Assembly: GCA_951406725.2 (NCBI GenBank)
Contig: OX597830.1
Location: 14,508,001 to 14,572,000, forward strand
Reading direction: 5' to 3'
DNA: 64,000 nucleotides
DNA from: Octopus vulgaris
Taxonomy: Eukaryota
In this document: positions 53,876 to 64,000 of the stretch, piece after piece
How positions within the stretch are numbered: the first letter of the stretch is position 1
How the letters are laid out: every line of letters starts with the position of its first letter
Notes under the pieces: model-generated
Seen by the model: the letters and a program-made list of their open reading frames with translations, nothing else
Told to the model about the DNA's origin: nothing
Database searches by the model: none
Made by a program: the position numbers and the translations under genes

Positions 53876-54150
53876 TAACAACAACAATAACAACAAATAC
53901 ACAAACAAACAACAACAATGTAAAAATACATAAGCGACAACAAATAAGTAATTAAATTCGCTGGTAACAACAAGAGTAACAGTATTAGCAATAACATTAA
54001 CAGCAGTAGCAGCAGTAGGAGCAGCAGCAGCAGTGACTACAACTAAATCATCATCTGCAGCAGCAGCAACAACAGCAGTAGTTGCAATGACAACAAGAAT
54101 AATAATAAAAACAGATAATTATAATTAATAATAATAATGATAATAATAAT

Positions 54151-54230
<80 letters not shown>

Positions 54231-54279
54231 CAACAATAATGATAATAATAATAATAAATATAACAACAACAACAACAGC

Positions 54280-54337
<58 letters not shown>

Positions 54338-54522
54338 CCAGTGGTTGAAGGGGATGTTGAGACAAGGAGCAGCATGACCAGCATAAGCGGTAACACGAGC
54401 TGCATGACAAACTACAACATAAACAATAAGAACAACAACAGCAACAACAACAACAGCGACAACGACATCAAATGTGTGTTGTGTTGCGTGTGCGCGTGTG
54501 CATGTACGTATATATGCATGTT

Positions 54523-54572
<50 letters not shown>

Positions 54573-54873
54573 CATACATATATATTTACATACACATATA
54601 TATATATACATGTATATACACACATATATACATATATATACATATACATATACATATATATATACATATATATACACACATATATACATATACATATATA
54701 TATATGTATATATATATACATATACATATATATATATATATACATACATATATATATATACATATATATATACATATATATACATATATACATATATATA
54801 CACACATATATACATATATATACATATGTATATATATACATATATATATACATATATATATATATACATGCAA

Positions 54874-54918
<45 letters not shown>

Positions 54919-55038
54919 CATGTGGAAGCTCACTGGTAGTAGGAACTGGGAGAGAAGTTATAGCAACTATAGCAACGGCAGCAGCAGCAGCAGCAGCAGC
55001 ATCACGGTCTTCACTACCTTCGTCCTTCGTCCTTCGTT

Positions 55039-55079
<41 letters not shown>

Positions 55080-55410
55080 CGGCGATGGCGGCAGCAGCAT
55101 CAGCAGCAGCACCGATAATAATATCATAGGCGACAGAAACAGCAGCAAGTGGGGGACAGTGATTAAGTGACAATAGCGGGAGCAGGAACATGGACAACAC
55201 AACAAACAACGGTAGCAATGTTAAAAGAGAATGGAAAAAAAAAGGAACAAAACAGTTCGAGTGACAATATCAACAATAGCAACAACAGGGTAATCAGCAG
55301 CAACAGAAGCGAGATGAAGAACAACAACAAGAACAACAGGAACAATTTCAACAATGCCATCATGACAACAACAATTGACATGAAGAAAATCCTCAAACAA
55401 AAATAACTGT
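53780..55410. repeat. Low-complexity block of (AAT)n, (CAA)n, (CAG)n and (TA/CA)n
   Basis: Seen directly. Confidence 0.9.
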
Positions 55411-55422
55411 TGTAGATATAGC

Positions 55423-56386
55423 TATTTCTTTATTACCCACAATGGGGCTAAACATAGATGAGACAAACAAGGACAGACATAGGTATTAAGTCGATTACAT
55501 CGACTCCAGTGCGTAACTAGTACTTAATTTATCGACCCCGAAAGGATAAAAGGTAAAGTCGACCTCGGTGGAATTTGAACTCACAACGTAACGGCGGACG
55601 AAATACCTATTTCTTTATTACCCACAAGGGGCTAAACATAGATGAGACAAACAAGGACAGACATAGGTATTAAGTCGATTACATCGACTCCAGTGCGTAA
55701 CTAGTACTTAATTTATCGACCCCGAAAGGATAAAAGGTAAAGTCGACCTCGGTGGAATTTGAACTCACAACGTAACGGCGGACGAAATACCTATTTCTTT
55801 ATTACCCACAAGGGGCTAAACATAGATGAGACAAACAAGGACAGACATAGGTATTAAGTCGATTACATCGACTCCAGTGCGTAACTAGTACTTAATTTAT
55901 CGACCCCGAAAGGATAAAAGGTAAAGTCGACCTCGGTGGAATTTGAACTACAACGTAACGGCGGACGAAATACCTATTTCTTTATTACCCACAAGGGGCT
56001 AAACATAGAGGGGACAAACAAGGACAGACATAGGTATTAAGTCGATTACATCGACTCCAGTGCGTAACTGATACTTAATTTATCGACCCCGAAAGGATAA
56101 AAGGCAAAGTCGACCTCGGCGGAATTTGAACTCACAACGTAACGGCGGACGAAATACCTATTTCTTTATTACCCACAAGGGGCTAAACACAGAGGGGACA
56201 AGCAAGGACAGACATAGGTATTAAGTCGATTACATCGACTCCAGTGCGTAACTGGTACTTAATTTATCGACCCCGAAAGGATAAAAGGTAAAGTCGACAT
56301 CGGCGGAATTTGAACTCACAACGTAACGGCAGACGAAATACTGCAAAGCATTTCGCCCGGCATGCTAACGATTCTGCCAGCTCGCC
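55423..56386 (-). repeat. Head-to-tail array: one full family A SINE plus four ~184-bp body repeats
   Basis: Plus-strand unit starts at 55423, 55608, 55792, 55975, 56159; tRNA head only at 56341-56386. Confidence 0.92.
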
Positions 56387-56774
56387 AGCAACGTAGCAGC
56401 CACCATTTACACCAAAACATTTATTTATGAAAAGAAATAACAGTAACAAAACGTTAAAGCAAAACGGCTGTACAAACATCAACTAAAGGAAAGTCACCAA
56501 AAGAAAGAAGAAAAAAATGCTGCAATGGCAACTACAAGAAGAAGAAGAATGAGATCAAGAAGACGAAACCTAGTACGCGTTCTGGCAATGTTCTGAAACA
56601 ATGTGCCAGCTAGCAGGATAAAATCATTAGATAAAGAATATAATGAAATGGTGTTGTGTTGAACTAATTTGTAGTGTTCGGTTGTACGTATAGTAATATC
56701 GTGTTGAAGCATGAATGAATAAGGGCCAGCATGAATGAATAAGGGTCAGACACTGTGTAACACAACTAACTTTT

Positions 56775-57190
56775 GGATCCTTTCGGTTTGAACGGCAGTT
56801 TTTAACATAATTTCTAGGTAACTAAAAAATTTTAAAATTCGTATACTGGTAGAATGTGTTTATAAAACATCTTTTTCTCTTGGCTTTATTGAGAAAATTC
56901 TATAGTTTGTAAGATATTTGTTGTTTTTTTTTCTTCAAATTCTGCAATTTCAACCAATCACTGGCGTCCATTGAGGTAAAAAACATTCTGTGCCGTATGA
57001 ATATGTCCCTCGTTTAAGAAACAGATTGGGTTTATTTACATTTGTGAAGAAAAAAGATACCCTTCCCCCACCCTTAACCCTAACCCTAAAACAAATTGAA
57101 ATGCAATAGATCGATACTAGGGTCATAATTATGGGTGACAATTTCATATGACACCGCTAGAAAAAACTGCCGTTCAAACCGAAAAGATCC
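56775..57190 (+). mobile_element. Complete MITE, ~29-bp TIRs, 8-bp TSD (Merlin- or hAT-like)
   Basis: GGATCCTTTCGGTTTGAACGGCAGTTTTT / AAAAACTGCCGTTCAAACCGAAAAGATCC; TSD TAACTTTT/TAACCTTT; internal CCCTAA repeats. Confidence 0.88.
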
Positions 57191-57749
57191 TAACCTTTAA
57201 CACAATTCCGTAAACACTGCACTATTTAAACACTATCAGATCTCTATATTTCACTGATATATATTTCATAAAACTGCGCAGAACAACCAGCGCCGTCTTG
57301 GCAGATTTATAAGTCCTGATGCAAATCAATCCTTGATATTTATTTGTTGACATCAAGCCACAGCATAGATAGATTGGAATTGGTTCCCTAGACCCGTGAA
57401 GCTCCTCGTGTGCCCATGCGCCAAGGCAACACTGAATACAACGACAATGGAATTAACAATTACATTGAGTAAATAATTTAAAAGTTTTTTATTTTGTTTA
57501 TTTATTTTGTCTTAGATCAGTGTTATTTCCTAGTTGCTTCTATCTAGAAAGCAAAGGGTATGACTACTGTTCCCTTTAAACTTTACTTTTCTACCTGGAC
57601 ATCAATGCTTTGAACCTGACCTATTCTCCATTTCATTTCAGACAGATTCAGCGCTGAGTTGCTGAAGCAGAAATATCGTTCAAGCAAATATTCTGCTCAG
57701 TACCACAAATTTGTTTGTCCGTCGTTTGACCGTAACCACTTGAATGGAG

Positions 57750-58720
57750 CCTTGACCAGGAGGAACTGATGTCGTCAGACGGTATCCAACGTTCATTGGG
57801 TGTTTCGACCCTGAACTGTAACACCCTCCCGTTAGTGGGTCAGCAGAGGTGGCCAAGTCACTGCTCCTCAACTCCTCCTGGCTTCCAGCTCAACTATTCT
57901 CTCTTATACTAACGCCAGCAAGAGGCCCCTTATCTCTCATTCCAATTGCTTTAGCCATCCCCCATGCCCACTGAGGAGAGAATCCCCTACAGCCAACCTC
58001 GACTGGGAAAAGCCATACCTGTCATCCCTTCTCCCTGCAATCTTGCAGAAGGCTTTCATATCAGGCACGCTTCCGTTCATGTGCCTCATCACACCCTGCT
58101 TCCCACATAACTGTTTGCTCAATTACGATAATTTTCTTGGCTTTTTCAGACCACAGGACCATATCTGGCCCCAGGGTTGAATGAACAACCTGGGGAAACT
58201 GCAATGTCTCCCCGAAGTTCACTCTCATACCCCGTAGTTGAGATATCTGCAGTAAGCTATGTATTGTTTTTACTAAATTTACTTGTCTCACTCCCTCTTT
58301 CACGAACTTAATTGCTGCTGTTGCCTTCCCGTAATGATGATGTTTGTTGCGCCTTTCATGCTCCAGGATGTGGGCAAGTGTTGCAAGCATCCTATCATGG
58401 CGCCATTTATATCTGCCTTGAGAAATTGCTATTCTACATCTTGCAAGATGTGTGCCAGAGTGCCCCTTTCTCCACAAAGTCGACACAGGCCTTACCTCAA
58501 ACCCCTTCCGTGCAGGTTTCTTGGCGTCGGGAGTGTGTCGCAGCAGGAAAGAGATGCGAAAAAGTTCCAGCCTCCACAGGCCAGTCCATGTGAGTTTTCT
58601 GTTAATTAGATCGCATTTAGTCCATGCACCCTGTGATACCAACACCACAGCTCTTGATTTTCTTCTTCCTTCCTCCTGGTACCGTACAGCTTCCTTGGTC
58701 GTCACAGCCCGCCACTCCCT
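57750..58720 (-). mobile_element. HERO/NeSL-like RLE non-LTR 3' fragment
   Basis: QGAWT..RKLTW..LWRLE.FRISFLLR; QGRYKWRHD; PDMVLWS..KKIIVIEQTVMWE..CDEAHERKRA. Confidence 0.85.
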
Positions 58721-58808
58721 GGTGTCTATTTTCTTCCATTGCTGGAAATAAAAAGTACAAAGATCCTGATGACCCCTTGCATGTATATATATATATGTGT
58801 GTGTGTGT

Positions 58809-58844
<36 letters not shown>

Positions 58845-59034
58845 ATATACAGTTGAACAACATATCCCCGTTTAAGAGACAATAAAAGTGTATCCACTCA
58901 GTTTCTCTATTAGTTTTTATTTTCTTCTGACTTAGGGACAACCAATCTATGATATATGTGTGCGTGTGTGCATTCATACATAAACATACACAAATATATA
59001 GAAGAAAAATATGAACATATTTTTAAGTGTGTGT

Positions 59035-59473
59035 ACTGAGAGAGGCTAAAGGAGAGAAGACGAGAGAGATATGCGGTTATATATATTTGCAAGATCTTGG
59101 AGCGTTTATCTCCCATTTTTGGAATTGACAGCCATACCAATCCTCGAACTGAACAGCACTCCATCATACCAAAGTTCCCATATTCCCCATCTAAAATAAA
59201 TTTGAGTTTCAAGGGCCCGCTATTGTTCGACATCCTTCCAGGCAACCTTAGAGATCTACATGGTGTTGATGTGGAAGTTTTCGAGGAACGTCTGGACAGG
59301 TTTCTGTCTGAGATACCAGATGAACCCACATCGGGGTAGGAGACGCAAAGAAGACCAGCTCCATCCTACTCGCTACTTCATAAAAACCAATATCGGAAAC
59401 AACACCGAGCAACTACAGGTGGTGCACCAGCATGACCTCAGCCCTGGGCTGAAACCAGTAAAAGATAAAAGAT
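59035..59473 (+). mobile_element. CR1-like LINE 3' fragment
   Basis: ERRRERYAVIYICKIL...SFKGPLLFDILPGNLRDLHGVDVEVFEERLDRFLSEIPDEP, then GGTGGTGCACCAGCATG..GCTGAAACCAGTAAAAGATAAAAGAT. Confidence 0.8.
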
Positions 59474-59901
59474 ATATGTGTGTGTATAAATATACGTGTA
59501 CAAACATATATAAATTATGCAAATATAGTTACAAACACACACACACGCACATACATATAATTGTATTGCACATGTGTGTGTGAGTGTATATACACACTTC
59601 TTCTATATACTTTTCGTCTATGACATTTTCTGACAAGGTCTATATGAGAAGAATTATTGAAACCAATGATGAACTCTTTCTCTTCTGCTTTTTGTCTATT
59701 TCCCCGCCTCTTCTTCAGTATTACCTTTTCTTACTTTTTCCCCACTTTTCAAATTTATTTTATCATAATATATAAAGCAACTTATTTGCCGAACACAGGT
59801 ACGAAATATACAGATAAATATATATATATGTGTTTCTACGCCCGCGCGTGTGAGTGTGTATATGTGTGAAATTATGTATGTATATATATATATATATATA
59901 T

Positions 59902-59938
<37 letters not shown>

Positions 59939-59963
59939 CATATTTATATATATATATATATAT

Positions 59964-60078
<115 letters not shown>

Positions 60079-60729
60079 TAAATATTGTAATTATTTTACA
60101 TTCAAGTATACACCATGTAGTGTACCTTTTAAAGTCCGTTTAAAGCCTTCCCCAGGATTCGGCTACCTGATGTCATTTTTATAAGTGTGCATGATTTTTC
60201 CCCCGTTTCTCTCTCATCGGTATCAGAATTAAAATGATAACTGGAGTCATTTTGAATAAAAGTTCAAGTTCGTATTTCAGCTTAGCCACAATCCAATAAC
60301 AGTAACAAGTTTTAAAATATATACATGTGTGATTGAGTGTGTGTGTGTGTATGCACGCATGCATGTATGCATAGATATGTGTGTACGTGCATATGTTTGT
60401 ATATATATACATATAGATATACATACATGATTACATATATGTGCTATTATGCATGTATATATGTGTCCATGATTATTTAAAAGGAAAACACGGTTGTCTG
60501 TGAAGCTTAGAAATAGATATTTAATAAATAAATTTTGATACAATAAGTACTACAGTGAAATATGTACTTGGGTGATGTTATCAACTTGATACCTGGAGCC
60601 AGTGTCCCTCCAAAGTCGTACTCCAAATAGTGAAAACAGAAAAAAATATAAGAGTAATTAAATACCCTATTTGTTTTTACTATAGGTGTTACTGACATGC
60701 TTCAATATATTTGGAGTTTACAAAACGGA

Positions 60730-60935
60730 GAGAGATAGCAGAATCGTCAGCATGCAGGACAAAATGCTTAGCAGCATTTCGTCCATACGTTCTGAGTTCA
60801 AATTTCGTCGAGGTCGAAATTGCTGTTAAGACATTCAGACTCGTTAAAATAAGTCCCAGGTGAGCACTGGGGTTGATGTAATCAACTTAGCCCCTCTCTC
60901 CTGAAATTGCTAGCCTTGTGCCAAAATTTGAAAAA
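60730..60935 (+). mobile_element. Diverged family A SINE
   Basis: GCAGAATCGTCAGC...CGTTCTGAGTTCAAATTTCGTCGAGGTCGA...GAAATTGCTAGCCTTGTGCCAAAATTTGAA. Confidence 0.7.
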
Positions 60936-61141
60936 TTTTAGGATTTTACATATTTTTTTCGAAAATGTCTACAATTAATGTTGCAAACGTTGGAGAAAAC
61001 TTAAAATGCAGATATTTGATCCTTTACCAAATTTATGTGGATGTTCTACATTTTCTACTTTAAATTAACGCTTAACTAATTTTCTTTTTAAATATCTCTT
61101 TTATGCAAGATTTACACAGAGACTTCACAGATTTTGTTAGA

Positions 61142-61307
61142 GGCGTAGGAGTGGCTATGTGGTAAGTAGCTTGCTTACCAACCACATGGTTCCTGGTTTA
61201 GTCCCACTGCGTGGCACCTTCGGCAAGTGTTTTCTACTATAGCCTCGGGTCGACCATAGCCTTGTGAGTGGATTTGGTAGACAGAAACTGAAAAAATCCC
61301 GTCGTAT
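61142..61307 (+). mobile_element. SINE family B 5' half
   Basis: GGCGTAGGAGTGGCTATGTGGTAAG head up to the internal (TA)n. Confidence 0.85.
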
Positions 61308-61308
61308 G

Positions 61309-61339
<31 letters not shown>

Positions 61340-61344
61340 CAACA

Positions 61345-61665
61345 TCGTCATTAAAATACAGGATCAGATACCGCAACAGCTTGGATTTCTAGAACCCATA
61401 GCTCTTCAATATCTTTTTAAATTCCTGAGAGATCTGCATGTTGTGGATGTAGGTCCCTTCAAAACAAAACTGGATCTCCTCCTGTCAAGTGTTCCCGATG
61501 AGCCTACCTCACAGCAGGAAACAAGGATCAGGGCGCAACAGCATCAAACTCCCTCAGTCACCAAATGCCACATATCACAGGAGGTTTCAAATGATGAAGG
61601 TGTAGCAAAGCCAACGGAGGGGCCCTAGCTTGGTCACAGCTTTCGAGCTGAAACCAGTTAAAGAG
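61345..61665 (+). mobile_element. CR1-like LINE 3' fragment
   Basis: LRDLH.VDV..FKTKLDLLLSSVPDEP; tail GCTGAAACCAGTTAAAGA. Confidence 0.75.
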
Positions 61666-61855
61666 TTTTACATTTGTATAAAAAATTATACAATTGATAT
61701 AAATTTTTAGAATTATCATTTAGAAATGGGATTGTATTGAAGAATCGTATATTGACTTTGGTTATTGTTGCTACCATTTTCCATTAATTTAATCAGTGGA
61801 ATTATTAACACTGAGCACTATCTTAATTTATACAGATTATTTACCTCACTTTGGG

Positions 61856-61917
61856 ATATAATGGTCAGTTAACCAGTTTACTAATCATATAATGGTCAGT
61901 TAACCAGTCTACTAATC
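61856..61917. repeat. 31-bp tandem duplication
   Basis: ATATAATGGTCAGTTAACCAGT(T/C)TACTAATC twice. Confidence 0.85.
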
Positions 61918-64000
61918 AAATATCTAATACTCTTTTGGCTTTGAAGATCTCTCATTCTATAGCTCTTGTGACCAGATATTAATTTCATGTCGTTTCACTT
62001 TCACATTCCAAGAAGCCGAAAATATTTAAAAAAAAAAAATTTGTACTCGACATATTGTAAGTTCTTGGTAAAGACAGATGTTCCTTTTATTGTAACCATC
62101 TGAATGCTGGTTGTTAAATGCTTTTTTATATATATTTATTGGTGGGGCATTCAGAAATATAATTTTCCCACAAATCTTTCAATCCTAGGCTTCTGGCGAC
62201 AGCGAAACAGAGAAATAATCTCTGACTATCTTCATAATCTCTCCAGAAACGATAAATTTAGAAAGTCTGTTCATTCTGTTTAATCTGATCTGTTTAATCT
62301 CATGTTATTAGAATGTCCAAATGCATAGCTGTTTGTATTAACTTCTTCCACCTTCTTTCTTGCTGTAGTACAACGGGTATACTTCAGTATTCTGTATGAT
62401 ACTGTAGATAATATAGAAACCAAAGCCCCCCTCTAAGCGTCGTACAGTGAATATTTCTATCCTTATTCGTCCCAAAAACTGACTTTTACACCAAAATCGA
62501 TTTTGTTTTTCAACTTTCTATGATCGATAGACTAATATGTGCTGAAACCTGTTGAAAGATTTTTATCGAACAGAGTTTATGGAATGAAATTTCATCGAAC
62601 GACGTTTTATCGAATTACCAAAGGACGTTTCATGTTTTGAAAAATATTTTGTAGATTTATTTTTAATCTTTAGGAAGATACTACTTGAGAACAGCTAACT
62701 ATTTCAGACCAGTGAAATGCAATTAGATCATTGACTGTCGGAAAAGTGACAAAATTAAGTCATGACATATGTAGAACGATCAGTCTATGTTTAAAATATA
62801 TGAATGAAGCATTTGTACATTTTTCATACAAAATTTTATCCGCGCAAACTCACACACACACACATACGCAAACGCACGCACGCAGGCACACACACACACA
62901 CGCAAACGCACGCACGCAGGCACACACACACACACATACACACACACATACACTCTGAATATAGACTCATTGATTAATCTATACAAATTTTAAAGTTGGT
63001 TACATGACTTTTTAATTAATTTTGGGGATGAAAATTATATTTCTTAAATTAAGTTATATATTTAAATTTGAGTTCATCTTTCATTTAAAATGATTTTATT
63101 TTTAAACTTTTCCGAAATATAACATTATGTCGCAAAATAATATATTCTAAAAATATCTGCGGACAGTAGCACATATTTTATATCATAAATTATTCTGTTT
63201 AAAAGGATCCTATAACTATAATTATTTTGAAAAATAATTCTTTAATAACCTTATTTTATGAAATGTAAAACGTTATTTTGTAAAAAAAAATGTCACTCGT
63301 TAGAAATCATTCCGTTAAAAAGTCCTTCGATAAATAGCTAAAAGACAGCGGAAAATTTAGGAAAAGCAATTGACCGACGTTAGTTCACTGACCACCAACA
63401 AATCATCAATTAAGAAAAGCTTTCTTTGTACTGAAAAATATATCGTGACAGTGCCTCTACAATAAAATGGCTCGATGGGGAGTAATTGCTGCATATTTAA
63501 GCCAGTTAGTCTCAACAGTTTTATTTTAGAAATCTCTTCAATGTTTTATCAATGTTTTCATGTTTTAAATAATTTTGGTGATCATTAAGTATATTTTTGT
63601 TTTAAATATTTTATTGGAGTATTGATAATAATTAACAATTTGCAATCAGGGAATATATTAACCGGTCAATTAACGGTAATTAACCTGCTAATCGGTGAAT
63701 AGTTTTTTGGTAAATTAGTGCCGGAGAATTTTTCAGTATTCAAAAAATAAATAACAGTGATAAGTCAATCGACATAATTATATCTCTTCTCAAAGAATAT
63801 GTGGACTTATCTCACAGAGAAAAAATACAGCAAGGATGAAAATAAACTTCTCAGATCATTTATAAATTAAAGAGTAGTGTTGATCAAATTAAGGGCATAA
63901 TCGATTATATCGAACTTAGAAGTTACTTACTTTATTCTTGGAAGGACGAATGGCAAAACTGATTTTTGTCGCATTGGGATTCGGTTAGTACATCTCATAA

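Noticed and set aside
54137-55129. 330-aa ORF with poly-S/T/A tracts
   Set aside because: Concatenated simple repeats with no domain signal
55423-56386. Tandem SINE units as a classic hammerhead retrozyme
   Set aside because: No CUGANGA core found on either strand of the unit; other ribozyme classes could not be tested by eye
57765-57815. GAAAC...CTGACGA on the minus strand in the HERO-like 3' UTR (type II hammerhead?)
   Set aside because: No room for stem I between the hairpin and CTGACGA; topology incomplete
62560-63335. Weak inverted similarity (62560-62610 versus 63285-63335)
   Set aside because: Probably an old MITE, but termini and TSD could not be defined

Overview
AT-rich eukaryotic DNA, almost entirely repeats. 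The mix of tRNA-derived SINEs, LINE and mariner relics and dense (TA)n/(CA)n/(AAT)n microsatellites fits a cephalopod (Octopus-like) genome; the taxon is inferred. The only long real ORF is a 5'-truncated but uninterrupted R4/Dong-type retrotransposon (RT, CCHC knuckle, PD-(D/E)xK endonuclease; about 42343-44354) sitting in (AAT)n. Also present: at least four SINE families, RTE/BovB-like, CR1-like, HERO-like and CRE-like LINE fragments, three mariner relics, several MITEs, a tRNA-His pseudogene and possible decayed host exons on the minus strand. Most ORFs in the track are microsatellite or SINE artefacts. Three signals stand out. (1) At least four unrelated type I hammerhead-ribozyme motifs in ORF-less Penelope-pLTR/retrozyme-like elements, two of them in inverted arrangements. 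(2) A SINE whose 3' end is joined at four loci to one internal site of its own family (AAAGAAATA|GGTATTTCG), giving nested insertions and a five-unit, ~184-bp tandem array; this suggests self-targeting or a circular intermediate. (3) Two arrays of TAATTA motifs phased at about 43 bp with divergent spacers. All coordinates and alignments were read by eye.
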